DNA of 63,573 bases, from assembly GCA_003427395.1 (NCBI GenBank), contig BFEA01000036.1, forward strand, positions 869,024 through 932,596. The letters are read 5' to 3'. Below, piece by piece: positions 12,938 through 26,066 of this stretch; the first letter of the stretch is position 1, and each line of letters begins with the position of its first letter. This DNA comes from Chara braunii. Taxonomy: Eukaryota; Plantae; Charophyceae. The position numbers were made by a program, and so were the translations under genes. The notes below the pieces were generated by a model, which was given only the letters and a program-made list of their open reading frames with translations, was not told where the DNA came from and searched no databases.

Positions 12938-14521
12938 CTCTCCTGCAATGGCGGCAGCAATGCCTCCTTATTTGGTGAAGTATCTGTCCTGCGGTATGCT
13001 AAAAGAGCCTTTGTGAAGCAGCACCAACCTTGGGAGTGAAGATGAGAATCTGCTATAGCCAAAGGTTAGTCTCCATCACGATTCCCTCTTTTCGTGAACC
13101 CGGTTCCCAGAGTTCCCTATTTGCAATATGGGTTCATAGTACTTCATACACCTATCACTTTACCCAATGCTTTGTGGACCACCTCCTTCCTCAGCTTCAT
13201 AGCTATGGAGACCTTCTTCCTCAGCTTCATAGCTATGGAGACCTTCCTCATTCTTTTGAAGGCGACTCCTGTCAGCTCCGCTCACCCCCCCTCAATACAG
13301 AGCATCATAGGAGCACCCAAAAAGTGTGTAAGTGAACTGCTCATCAAGTGATATACACGGTGGACAAGCAGCCTCTTCACCTGGCTGCTCTATGTGCTCT
13401 ACCTGGCCTCTCCTCCAGTCTACTGGCTTCTCCCCCAATCTACCAGTCTCTCCCTGGGGTTGGTAAAATTATTACCATCTGTTACTCTACCTGAACCTAA
13501 CGTATCTGGCCTGATATATGTCTGTATTCAGGTTGCTACTATCAATATGCCTATCTCCAAGTCTACTGGATGCAGACCCTCTGTAAAAATTGCTGGGAAA
13601 TCCCTACAGGGTCCGCTACAATTTTACCTTCCTGTCCGTCTGTCCCACTGTTGCCTGTAAGTCCTCTTGTTAAATTTCTGTATGAGCCCTGTATCTACAA
13701 CTGTTTACTGTTTTTCCCCTCCGTGAGGCGCAACACCAAGCAAGATCCACACGATATGAGCACACGCAGAGCTTGATTACGACTTGAAATGACATTCTCA
13801 GGTTTCTCAAACGTCGCGGCAATGGCTGCCAGCTCCAATGACGAGCAGGTAAATTTCTCTCTCTCTCTCATACACTCTCTCACTCTCTCTGCTATCTACA
13901 ACTGTGCCTAGGTCCTATGGTCACTCTCTGAATGTCCTCGATGCTCTTCCTCTCTCTCTCGGCTCTATGCAAGCTCACAGCTATCGTGCATTGCATTGAT
14001 TACTTCTCTTGCCCAATTTAGTGTTCCAAGATCTTGGCGCTCAGCTATGCAGCAGCATTCGTATCTGCCAGAATCAAAGAAGAGGAGGTTCCTGACGGTG
14101 GCCTCCCTTTTGTACCTGTGCCCCCATCCTCCCACGCGATTCAGGACTCTTCTGCCTGGCCCTGTGGCGGCAGAGAGAGATTCAGTTGTCATGACCCTTC
14201 CCTGGAATTGAGCTGCAATGGTACTAGGATCTTGTGGCGGACTCTGTACTGATCCTACTGGTCTTATCCTATTGGACTCTACTACCCGAAAGTTCTATTT
14301 TGGCCCTAAGGTTCGAAAGGAAATGGGACAGGGTACCAAGGGACGTACTGCGGAAGCATATGAATCCTTTCAGAATGGTTCTTTTATCAGTTTGACTGCT
14401 GAAAGGAACTAAATTTCCATCCACTGTTTGAAGGTTGAGAGCGGTGAATTGATATCTCCAGACTTTGGTCTGGAATGTGGGAAAATTGAGGCTGATTTTT
14501 ATCTGCTGGAATCTGTTGCAG

Positions 14522-14631
14522 GGCTTTGTCACTTTCAAGGGTTTGTTCGGCAGCGAGGATACCCCGATGAGACTTGATGGGGTGTATGTTGCAACTCGCA
14601 AGTACCATGGTCTGAGGGCCATTCTTCACAG
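14522..14631 (+). CDS. TUL1: TUL1/FLY1-like exon GFVTFKGLF...RLDGVYV...LRAILH
   Basis: tgttgcAG acceptor, GTaggt donor. It matches the GVVVFHDVF...LEGVY...LRLVANS segment. One or more exons between here (phase 2) and 25921 (phase 1) could not be placed. Confidence 0.75.
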
Positions 14632-14730
14632 GTAGGTTATGAAGGTATCTTTTTGTAAGCTGTACGACTTGGTGAGTGTGGATACTTGTGGATTTGGTGA
14701 GTGTAGAAATTTTGTGAATGTTGTGAGCGT

Positions 14731-15090
14731 CAGGGTTGCATGCCAGCCGATCGCCTACCCCAACAGCCGACCGTTTTGCAGCCTACCAGTAGGGCCGACT
14801 GGTTGGCGGTCTGCTGAACAGTTGGTAAATAGCCACTCCCCTTTTTTGTCTGTGTTAAGCAAGAGGCTGTGCCGCGTTTGCTGAGTACAGGCCAAATCTG
14901 CTGAGAAACGTTTGGGGGAGGGTGTGTGGGGGTGTTGGTGGGGTTATTGTGTGTGTTTTTTTTTTTTTTTTTTTTTTTTTAGGTGGGGTGCCAACAGCCG
15001 CTGATGGTAGCTGCCGACCAGCTGACCCGTTGACTGGTCGGCAGCCGTTGACCAATGAAGGGGCGGCAACTGTCGGCCTGTGCAACTCTG
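14731..15090. mobile_element. hAT-type MITE, 360 bp
   Basis: TIR CAGGGTTGCA/TGCAACTCTG; perfect 8-bp TSD GTGAGCGT; subterminal CCGAC/CAGCCG repeats. Confidence 0.9.
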
Positions 15091-17875
15091 GTGAGCGTGG
15101 ATACTTTTCCAGGCTTGTGGCGTATTGCTTGTATTGAATGATTTCTGATCATGTGTTATGGAATGCACGTCTGTCCCCCTATACTTTGATCTGTTCAGTA
15201 ATGTGTCAGTAATTGCTTGTTCTCTGTTTCACACACCCAGACATGTATACTCTCTGGTAATCCTTCACACACTATAGAAGGGCCCAAGTGAGTCGATTGG
15301 AATGAACTTTGGATCCCACTCGTCACTTCTATGGAAATCTACAGCTGTGATGAGGGCCTGATCGCTTCAGGTCGAAATCAATTTGGACGTGGGCTCCACA
15401 TTGAGCTTCAAAGCATTGAGGCCGAGGTGCATCAGTGCCTGGCACACTGCCTCAAATTCTTTAAAGCAGCCTCTGCCATGTGGTGGTTTCCCTCCTTGCC
15501 CCTGTCCTGCTCCACGCATGCATGAAGACACACCATGCGCTTCTTGCACAAACGATGTAGGGGACGGGTGCACAACGTGCAATGGTGGCTCGAGGATCGA
15601 GGAGATTCTCTATTTCTGGTTGTACAGCTTGAGTGCTGGAGTGGGCTGAGGCACCCGTGCTAGTGTTTTTTTGTCTTGACCAGTCTGGTCACAGGACATG
15701 CTTTTGATTTCATTCTGGCCTGATTGACGGCAGGGCAGGTCTAGAGGCCTGCAATGTGATGCGATTGTGTAAATGACAAAATGTCCATGTCACAATGTGG
15801 CCGTTGGATTTGTCAGCTGTGGGAACTCCGTCATCCAGAAGTTCGGAAAAGCCCGAGTTCGAAGGCTGAACTCCAGCTGAAGTGCGTTGGAAACAGTGAG
15901 CCAAAAGAAGAGGAAATGACGACAACAACAACTTTCGAAAGAATTGCATCATCTAAAAGTTTGAAAAAGCCTGAGGGAAAGGTTTATGCTGAACAAGATG
16001 TCTGCCGCAGAGCCAACGTCATATATTGCACAATTTCTTAGAAGATTGACAAGGAAGGATGGTCTTTGTTACGGCCACTTGCTGGATTGTTGATTGCACA
16101 GCAGACCGAGTATGGGAGGGGCCGCACTGGTTTTCTCGTGGAAACCATGGGAAGCTGCTTTCTTAATATACCTGTCAATGCTCATTGGTTTCATTTAACG
16201 ACTTTCTCCTTGCCTGACGTGTACTGATTCGTAGGGGTGGGGTTTGTTTGTTTCTTGATTTGCTGGCATCCTTTGAACAACTTGTGGCATGCATCAACAA
16301 TCCGTGTGAACATTTCTACTTTCGGGTGAAGCTACACCGGTGATGATGTGGAGGGTATTGGGCCAGCTGGGTATCGCCTGGTATGTAAACCTAACTTTCG
16401 TTGACGCAACAGATATGGGTGGCTGGCATACTTTCTGGGACTTGTGTTGCAGACTGACTTGGGGAAGGCATCACACACTGTTTGTAGGGGCTTCCAGGTC
16501 CATTGCGTAAGCCTTTTAGACAGGTTAGATTGCAGTGGAGGGAAGTAAGGCATGAGGTGCTTTTTGACTGCAGTGAAATTGTGCTTACACTCAAAATGTG
16601 ATTGTGAGTGCGGTAAATTATTGGCCAACAGGTATTTGATTGGAGTTTTCTCGTGTTTGTGTAGTGAATCCAGTCTGTTTTCTGATAGTGTAGGGAATCC
16701 AATCTGCTTTTACTTTCAACGGGGTGTCTGACTCCGACAATCTCCATATGTTGTGCTGGAGGATGCAGTTTGAAAAACTGGAATTCAATGGTTAATAGAG
16801 GCGGCTTGTCTCCCTGTTTGTACAAGGTCGTGCCGCTGTATGCCCTTGACATTGTGGCATTACTAACTTGGTCCTGAAGAATGAACATGAATCTCTGTTG
16901 TATTTCCCATGCTGGAGAATCAGTGAATGGACATGAATCTCTGCTCGATTGATTGTTAGTTTAAAGATAGGCGTGCTCATATTTTCCACAGGCACATCTT
17001 CCACTTTTTATAGGTCCAAAGATTTTTTCACGAAACTATCTGTTCTTTTCCGTTTTTTTATTTCTGTAATGCAATGTAAGAGGTTCTTTAACCTCTCCTA
17101 CAACATTCCCATGAGGTGATATTCGTTCTGCCCATTTATGGATGTACATAATCGGTATACGTAGCACCGGAATACAGTAGTTAAGAGCATCTCTGGTGAC
17201 AACTGCTGCACATTTTCACTAGATCACAATACACTATTGGCATATAGCCTGATATAGGTGATAAAACTACTTCAAACTACAGAACAGAGAGGCCACTAAC
17301 AGACCTTAGGCAGGCTTCTGGAAATGTGAAAGTGAGGAGTTTGTGTATGCTCATGTGAATGTGTGAATCTGTCTAGCCGTGTTTTGAAAACAAAGTTTTC
17401 TGTGTTTAGAACGGTTGCTTCGGCACAAAGATGGTAAAGAGAACTGAAAAAATGGGCTCGGTTGCTGATATGTAAAGAATGGTTTGGGGTGGGGCAAATG
17501 CTGTGGGTGTGCGGATCAGCCGTTGGATGGAGGTCTTGAAACAGACGGCAGGAACTCTGCGGAAGGTAAGCCCTGCCTGTGATGAGTGATGTTGTTCTCT
17601 AGTCAGGTTGGAGACGCAATCACGTTTGGGTGTGCTTATGAAGTCTGTCATGTGCTGTGCCATGCCGGTATGTGTAATGGAGGATCAGGTGATGCCTTTG
17701 TGAGTGATTCAGGCTTTGCATATTAACTGGTTTTGCCACAAGTCTATTCCTGTACAACCCTGTCATGTGCAATCAGGCTGCATTGTTGTGACATGGTCTC
17801 TTCCTTCAGTTCCATGATTGTCATGTGCTGCTCGCAAATCATGTAGTTTGTTCTTGTCTTTTCCCCCCCTTTCTT

Positions 17876-17976
17876 AAAAATTTGGACGATTTCTTGATTT
17901 ATGTGTGTCATCCTTGCACAGGGGCCATGCTAATCTTCTCTGTATCGTCCCAATTTTAACGGATGTCCCGAGGGAC
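17876..17976 (-). pseudogene. U6: Full-length U6 copy ending in T5, probably a retrocopy
   Basis: Reverse complement GTCCCTCGGGACATCCGTTAAAATTGGGACGATACAGAGAAGATTAGCATGGCCCCTGTGCAAGGATGACACACATAAATCAAGAAATCGTCCAAATTTTT. It shows CpG-type substitutions and no clear TSD. Confidence 0.9.
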
Positions 17977-18121
17977 AAGTGATGTCCCTTCTAATAATGG
18001 AAAAGAAAGAAAATGATGTCCTAGGTCCATGGTGGTGAAGTGCCTTCATTGACAAAAAGGGATTTTTTCCTAATAGGCTGCCTCTCGTCGGTCCTCGACC
18101 CCTCGTGCAATCATGATTTCT

Positions 18122-18262
18122 CTTCTTCTTCTTCTTCTTCTTCTTTTTTTTTTTTTTTTTTTTTTAATTTGTACCGTTTCTCGGTTTGTCTGTGGCATCC
18201 CTGCGCAGGGGCCACGCTAATCCTCTGTATCGTTCAAATTTTGGCGGGTGTCTGGAAGGACA
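18122..18262 (-). pseudogene. U6: U6 retrocopy with an A/(GAA)n tail and a 16-bp TSD
   Basis: U6 body 18166-18262; tail 18122-18165; TSD TGCAATCATGATTTCT at 18106-18121 and 18263-18278. Confidence 0.93.
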
Positions 18263-18798
18263 TGCAATCATGATTTCTAACTTCTAAGTGGATTCTGTGG
18301 GAGAATCACGGGCAATTTGTATCCTAGTCAGAAGATTATCCTGTTGTGGTGGCTCCTAGTATATCCTCAGTTTCCGATGGTTCAGAGGTTGGCAGTCTTT
18401 CTGTAGACTGTCGTTGAAATGGACCTGTTGGGGGTTGAGTTGCTTTATGAACCCCCTTTCTTCCGGCTAGTGTATCAGCGTCTTAGAACACCCACAGCCT
18501 GAAAGCGAGGGTGATGTAATGGACCTCAATGCAATTGCAGCTGCTTCTCTCATTTAAACATGTTTCCATGCCCCCAATCGTAAAGAAAAAAACAGTGACA
18601 AGAAGAGAAATGACAGAATAGACCTTGATACATTGCTCTATGCTTTGTCATCCTGCATTTGCCACCTTTGAACTCGTCAAATATATGTCGTCTCCCCAAA
18701 TAACCACAGATGGTTCTAGCTAAATGTGTAAAGCTAGTGGTTTATGGAGCCGGTGGATAAAAAGCACCAGAATGTTTCTCCTAGAATTGAAGGTGATT

Positions 18799-18893
18799 TG
18801 TCCTTCGGGACATCCTTTAAAATTGGAATGATACAGAGAAGATTAGCATGGCCCCTGCGCAAGGGAAAAAAAGAAAAAAAAAAGAAAAAAAAA
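18799..18893 (+). pseudogene. U6: 3'-truncated U6 retrocopy with an A-rich tail and a 16-18 bp TSD
   Basis: TGTCCTTCGGGACATCC...CCCCTGCGCAAGG followed by an A tail; TSD AGAATTGAAGGTGATT(TG) at 18783 and 18894. Confidence 0.95.
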
Positions 18894-19476
18894 AGAATTG
18901 AAGGTGATTTGCAAAACAACCTTCAAAAGTTCCAAACCTAAGAAACTAAATAATAGACAGTTGACAGTGCATTTCTTGCAAGTCTTTGCTTTACAGCTTT
19001 GCATGTTTAACTCTGTAACAAGTCTTTTCTCTTTGGACTATTCTGCATCCTTTGCTTCTCTACGGTTCTATTCCTCGTTCGTCTCCTGCTTCAATTGCTC
19101 TGCACGATGTGCATGATGCGCCACGGCATGACACCTGCCACTTCTGAGTAGTGATCATAGCTCCTGCTGCTGTGCCCATGCACGGATATTCTTCTTGTCC
19201 CTCACCGGGGTGTGCGGTGGGTGGCTGCTGAAAATACTCTGATGCTGCAGCACAACGTCGAGCTGAGAAATGGATGTACTTGTACTCAAACCTGCCCGTC
19301 TGAGGAGGCAAAGCTTCCGGGCATAGTGCAGTTTAGAAGTAGGTCCTGAGTTAAGAACTGCTCGAACAAAACTTGGGCACACCCTAATTCTACAATTGTG
19401 AAGGTCTTGCTAACATTACGCCCTCATGTAGGGCAGAATCACAACTGCAAATCATAGACTGGAGGGACTTGCTTAC

Positions 19477-19555
<79 letters not shown>

Positions 19556-19750
19556 TCTTTCTGTGTGCTTAACATATTTATTGACCAGGTTGTAGTGTTC
19601 GATCTTGGGGATGGCCTTAGTCTAAGTAATTTATCTCAATTTATCTCCAATGTAAAGTGTTTGCCAGTTATTGGCACCTCCATGTTTCCCTGTGCAGTGT
19701 GCAAGGTGGACATAGGTGGTGCTGATGACATTTGGTTTTCCCTCTGTTAA

Positions 19751-19904
19751 ACTACCACTACCTCCGAGTCTTTTTGAGGATGTTGCCACAGCGGTGTTTT
19801 CTTTTTCTTTTGGCTGGCGGCTCCAGCCGTTTTGGTCTGGTAGCACTGTTCAGCGGAAGAATGCCGCTCAATTCTCAAGTTTGCATGGGTGAGGTAGTGG
19901 TGGT
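19751..19904. mobile_element. TTAA-flanked TIR element (154 bp)
   Basis: TTAA|ACTACCACTACCTC...GAGGTAGTGGTGGT|TTAA. Confidence 0.8.
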
Positions 19905-19930
19905 TTAAGGTAGCATGACTGAGGTTTTCT

Positions 19931-20018
19931 TTTCTGAATACTTAACCATGTAAGACATCTTTCTGAATACTTAAGCATGTAAGACATCTTTCTGAATACT
20001 TAACCATGTAAGACATCT
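19931..20018 (+). repeat. 29-bp tandem repeat, 3 copies
   Basis: TTTCTGAATACTTAA(C/G)CATGTAAGACATC. Confidence 0.9.
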
Positions 20019-21759
20019 GAATTTATGGCCTTCAGGGGAAAGGCTGAGTGTCTGGTAATACTTCTTCAATGCAGTTTCGGGAGCTGATGTATGGAGTTTC
20101 TGGCCCTACGTGCTGCTACATGCTGCTTGGTTGAAAAACCATATGTGAGGGCTGGTGGGGCTAGGTCAAGGATGAAGCCTGTCTCTGCTTCATCTTTGCT
20201 GCTTGTGCCACAGGAATCTGCGGAGATGACATTTAAGATGGTTGATGCGAGTCATCCATGGTGGACTGTTCAGGGGGTTCTTGGAGTGTTGACAGATGAC
20301 TAACAGGGAGCCATTATGCAGGGTTAAGAGAGATGTTTATATTTTATATAATGCGCTACGCTGGTCCTTTTGATGAACTTGCATTATGTCTCGCCCTTCG
20401 GAAGGAAATTGCAGCAGTGAGCCTGTCCTATATCGACTTATGCCTCCATTTGAACTCTAGCTATTTGTGTGTTATCTGTGAAGCTTTGTTCTTCACGTTG
20501 AGGCTGATATAATACAAATCCATATAGCTCCAGGATACAATAATGCTGATCTTGGCCTCTGCTCTGTTCCTTCATCTCCATAGGTAGCACGGAGGAGGCT
20601 GCTGAAGACTGCAAAATCCACATGGAGCTGCAGGTCCACATTGATATTCCATGTGAGCACTTTCACAACCTATAGCCGATTTCCTTCATACCCTGCAGCC
20701 CTTTTCCATAGGCCTTTGCTGGATGTCTGGTGGTCTTTCTTGTGCAATCAGAGTTCTTGATGATCCAGTTCTCAATGCTTAACTTTGCCTTGTCTTTGTC
20801 CGTTGAGCTCTCAGCACTGACCTCTGCATATGATCTTACAATTTGGAACTCCTCTATATGGGCTTTGAAGGGTATTGTGTGCCAATTCAGCCATTGTTGA
20901 TGTTAGTCTCCTGGATCTGACCGGCTAATGGCTGTGCTAGTTGTGGTTGTGCGTACCTAACCTGCATATCCCTTCTCCTGTCTATTGACATGTGACTGAA
21001 AGTGGACCAGCTTGTGATGTACTATGTGTCATTGCTGTTTTGGTCCTTATCTAGCACACTTTTTTTCCTATTTTGCAGAAGATTTTTTTGTTGATCCTCC
21101 CTCGTCTCCTGGGCAATCGCACTGCTCTCCGATTTCCCAATTTGACCTGATCTTTATATTTGAGGTTTTGGCATATGACAGCTGTGCCAAAATGCTTGTC
21201 ATGCGGTAATCCTGTCCATTTCATGAAGCAAAACTCAATCCATCATAACTCAAGAAGAAGAAGAACTCGTTCAGGAGTGAAGAAGATGAAGGAGAGTACG
21301 AGGACAATCTTGAACCATGTCATCTCCCTTTTTCTCTTCCACTGTCATCTCCCTTACATAATCAGCTGCACCTCTTTATGTTAACATCGAAATACAACAA
21401 TAAGGAATGGATTAAAGGAGCAACGGCCGACTTATACCCCCTACTGCGATTGTGGCAAGGGGTACTCTATGCTCTTTTTCCCTCACCATTCCATGTGGTA
21501 TGGCTATTAGCTGCTGTGGCTCATCCATGCCTAGCACGGACCGAGGGACAATCTTAACTACCAGCATGCCTCTTCCCTCATCTCCTGCCATACCGGATCT
21601 CCAGATGAAGCCTATGTCCAGGCGGCACCCCAGGATGGCCCTTGTTGATGCAGCCAACTGGGAAGATCAAGATGACAGTTCACCATTGCAATATGTATGT
21701 CTCCTGGTTGGTTCCCCCTCCGTCCTCCCTCGACCTCTACTCACCTCCAGCAGGAACCT

Positions 21760-23557
21760 TCTTGATGCGGCGCCAACGAGGAGGATGAAGGGGAGGGTCC
21801 ACCATAGCCAAAGGTGAGTTTCCTTGTCGGTTCCGACCGGTGTGCTGCTCCTCCAGTCTAGTCAACTTCGTATATTGTTTGGAACGTCTTCTCGCTGTAC
21901 CTCAATAGCCTTGCCCTCTAACCTCCCGCTACTGGATAGCCATGGATGTCTTCTTCTTTGCCCTCAGCTCCTCCTCCACCCTAAGTGCTTTGGCTCACTC
22001 TCTGTCTGAGCGGAGCAGCAGCATGATTGCTGGGGAAAGGAGCAGGCTACCCAGAGCATCGAATGATATACTTTTGGCTCCCGGGCCTCCATTATCTCTT
22101 GGCACTCACTGCCTCCACCGTGCTCCCTTCGGTTACTTGGCCCACTGGATGTTCGCTGCTTTAGGCAGGAACATCATGCCAGACTGATGTCTACCTGCAG
22201 TTTCCGAATCTACCTCTACAAGCTACCTGCGTTGGGGCCTGCCCATCATGACCTGCCAGACAGCAACCGTACCGTTGTAGGCCTACGTGATGAAGTGGTG
22301 GAATGTCCTTACCGGGTCCCTAGTGACTTCTACTTTTGTCCCTGCCCAACATGCCCGTCCAACTAACCTGAATACGTATCTACTGCTAACTCTCCACCCT
22401 TGCATGGTCCTACTCATTTTTCTGTCGTATCCCTCTCCGGGGCACAGACATACAGCAGGGCCAACACAGTTGGCACCTAGGCCCGGACTTGCACCCAGAA
22501 CTTCACCAGGCAAGTACATGGCATACATATATCAGTGGCAGGTCATGCACATACTCAGCACAGCAAACAGGCTCGGACCCAGAAGTCTCAGCAATCAGAC
22601 CGAAAACACAGCATTTTCTCAGAAACGTGCAGAATTCCTAGACTGCAGTTATGTGGGTGATTGCAGTGGTCATGTAAAGGCAGCCTATCAGCGTCTCTGG
22701 GTTATTCTCAGCATGCAGTTCATCAATGAAATCTTTGTGAACCTACCTCGTACCTTTCATTCTTCCCTCAATATGCCTCCCACTACTCACGTAACTAGAA
22801 ATGATACACATTTGATTTACCCTCCAGTGGCAAGCTACACTAAGGGTTACGGGTTGAGCCTATCCCCTCAGGGTTGAACCTAACCCCTGGCAACGGGTGG
22901 CATTCCCCACCAACCAACCAGGAGGGACAAGCTGACTATCGCAGCTGGTGAACGCGCAACACGCCTCAGGGGCTCGATTGGGGACTGTGGAGAATCGAAC
23001 CCACAACCTCCTGAATGCTGCTTTCGTGCTGTACCAACTGAGCCAGGCCGCTTGGCCCTTGTACCTTTCATTCTAATGGGTCTCCTTTAAGCCTTTCGGA
23101 TCTGCCAGTGAGTTTAGGACTTTAGGTAGACCTGTGTCCTGTATGTCACATGCTGTTGAATGCAGGAGTTGTTCATCTCTGGGATTTCTATTGAGCGTTT
23201 GTGCTGCAACGGGTTGGTAAGTGAAAAAGTGTGGTGCTGCTTTATTGTTCTGAAGGGTTAGTAAGTGCAAGAGTGCAATGATGCTCACTGCAGGTGGGGG
23301 ATTTTAGTACAAGTGGTCTCCATTGGTTGTACCAAGCTTGAACCATGATCTGTCAGGTCATTTGACAGATTATGCTGTATCGAGCCTGGGCAGTTCATGG
23401 CAAAGAGTGGTGTTGTGTGTGGCAACCGAGAGAGAGTTTGGGGCTTTGCTGGAAAGTTTAGCGGCGATCTGTGGCATGTGGCAATGGTAAAATTCACCCT
23501 TTGTGGGTATATCCGAGGAAGGGAGAGATGAATACAGGAACATGTTGTAGCTTTTTT

Positions 23558-23589
<32 letters not shown>

Positions 23590-23829
23590 GGGAGAGAGAG
23601 AGAGAGATTCATTTAATGGTTAAATGAATAGAATTTTTGTGTATTTTGACAGGGTAGTTATGAAAAGAGATCACTGTGACAAGTTTTTCCAAAAAATTGT
23701 ACATGCTACGTCCCCGTAGGGTGCTTTGACCTTTTTGCAGTGCTTCGCGCCTTTGAAATCGTGCCTGGCTGCGCGTGTTTAGAGATTTTTTACCACAAAG
23801 GAGCGAAGCCGCTACCATTCCATTTTTTC

Positions 23830-23867
<38 letters not shown>

Positions 23868-24900
23868 AGTGAACTGCAATGGGCCATGGTTGACCGGCGG
23901 TGACTGTGTTTTGCAACAATCAGGCATTCAGGCTGATGGAGGCTGTTGTGTTATGATCCGACCTCACTCGTAATGCAAAGCTCGACCTTGAGACAATCCA
24001 AGACTTGCTGAGCTCAGGTAGAAGTGAAAAGAGATGGCGTGGAACAGACTGAAGGAGTTTAGAAGAAGAAAAATAAATACACAAGTCTGAACCAATGTCA
24101 TCTCCCTCTCTTCTCCTCCGACTGCATTTTCTACATCCTCTTTGAATAATCAATTGAATACAATCATACATGAATGAATGAAAAAGGAATATGTCCAAAT
24201 AATCCCCCTTCCTGTCACCACTCAAAGAGCTTCCCTTTCAGCCTCACTCTGCACTCAACTCTCCTTGGCAGCAGAACTGTCTATGGGGCATCATCCATGT
24301 CCACAGTGGATGTTCAAAGGACAATGCAAACACCAATGTGCCCCAAAGGACAACGCAGATACCATACCCACGCTCCTGGATGAAGTCCAAGACCAACCCG
24401 GTACCCCAACTGGGGCCTTCTAGATGCAGCGCCAACCGAGGAAGTGGAGATGGCCGACCATAGCCAAAGGTAAGTACCTCGTTTTGGTTTGGTTCTCCTT
24501 CCTCTCCCTCCCGTCTTGGCCCGGTTCTCCTTGCTCTCCCTCAACCTCTACTCTCCTCCTCCTCCATGGCCTTCCTTCTCCCTATAGCCGAGGCCTATAC
24601 CCTTCTACATAACTACATATCCATGGAGGTCTTCCTCTCCAGCTCCACCGCTTCAGCCAGTCTGCCTAACTCACCCTCTGGGCAGAGCAGGCATCTTGAC
24701 GGCTGGACCAATGTGCAGAGGCGTACTCGTTGTGCTGATGATTTTCACTTCCCTGGCCCTGTGCTACTGCCTCTACCGGTGTGCTAGGCGTGCCTGAAGT
24801 TCCTGCCTTTTGGCCTGAACATCAGTCTGCAATCCAACCACAGCACCTGAACCTATCCTGAAAGCTGCCTAGGTATGGTCCCTTACTACTCTTGACATGT
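21760..24900 (-). mobile_element. Two decayed homologous segments (about 21760-22250 and 24420-24900), probably retroelement relics
   Basis: Shared GATGC(G/A)GCGCCAAC...CCATAGCCAAAGGT(G/A)AGT block and similar CT-rich downstream sequence. No intact domain was recognised. Confidence 0.4.
22880..23055 (-). mobile_element. SINE family 1, second copy (5' part)
   Basis: Reverse complement GGCCTGGCTCAGTTGG...GCATTCAGGAGGTTGTGGGTTCGATTC...CTGCGATAGTCAGCTTG shares blocks with the 11065 copy. Confidence 0.78.
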
Positions 24901-25920
24901 GGTTAACGGAGGGCCGAAAATCCGCCCTTTTCGCCGCATCGCCACAAGCAACGTAGTGGGAAACTTTGGAAACAACAATGTGGGCTCATAATACAAACAT
25001 GAAGAAAAAAAAAACAGGCAAAAGAAAACGAACAAAAAATCACAAAAACACAAAAAAAAACTAACGCAAATGTTGCCAAAACACTTTCGGATTTAAAATA
25101 ATTGTTCAATCATTTCAACGAAATGCCAATTTTTTCAGTATTGATCCAAATATGACAAATTTGAATGCACGTTGTACGGTTGTACCCTAAAACACATACA
25201 TATGGCACGAAACAAAAATCAAGAAAAAAAGCAAAAAAGTCAGGGCAATATCACAGTTTAATTGCAAATTTCGCCGAAAATAACACCCCTCTTTCAGCCA
25301 TGTGTGCTACTCTTGACCTCTTGTGGAAGCTATCGTGCCTTTCTAAGGTTCCAGGACTCATATGGGCCTACCCGACTTGCTGGAAAATCCCCATCCTTGT
25401 CCCTCTTAGCCTTTCTAAGTCTGTACGACTTGTCCAGTTGCAGTTCTACCACTGTAGTCCCTATTTCTGATAGACCCCATTTGGGACACAGAAAGCGCAG
25501 CACCAGAACAAAGAGTCAGTTCACGGCATGGCAATCATGACATAGGGACTTGGACACACAGGCAAACAGCAATATCACTCCAAATAGGTGAACGTCAGCA
25601 AATCACGCCAACAAGCAACAATACTCAGAAAAGTTGTAGGAATCAGACTCATCCTGTGCTGGTAATATCAAATTGAAGCTGGGTGGACTCGGAGAGTTGT
25701 CATCGACTCATCGTGGACTTTGTTTTAGTGTACTTTGGGAGGTGAGTTCATACTAATGTGTGTTTAGCTGAAAAGCCTTGATATAGTTGCCTGCCCTGAT
25801 GTATTGATTGTGGGGTAATTTGTCAGCTGCTGAGTCGGCATGGGGGTGCCGAACACTATTTGCAAGAAAGGCTTGGCGTTGCTGGATCTGATGTGCTTTC
25901 TCAATGTTTTATGTGCGCAG

Positions 25921-26066
25921 TCCAAGCAAAGGCCCTCCATGGGCGGGTGTATACAAAGAAGTCTGAAGATTCCCAGGAGTGTTTCAAGCCACTTTTTCTA
26001 AATGCCACAAGTGATAATCAGGGCCTGTACAACAAGGCTGTGAATTATACTCTTCTTGTCACCTTT
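25921..26066 (+). CDS. TUL1: TUL1/FLY1-like exon ...ECFKPLFLNATS...YNKAVNYTLLVTF
   Basis: gcgcAG acceptor; conserved CFxPLxLNATS and YNKAVNYTL motifs; ends at the U12 donor GTATCCTTT. Confidence 0.9.

Noticed and set aside
17876-17976. Functional U6 gene
   Set aside because: It is full length with a T5 end, but carries CpG-type and other substitutions and shows no recognisable plant USE/TATA upstream. A functional gene is not fully excluded.
17478-24017. Candidate missing TUL1 exons (donors at 17565 and 24017, acceptor at 20213)
   Set aside because: The splice signals are plausible, but I could not build a stop-free, phase-consistent, homologous chain.
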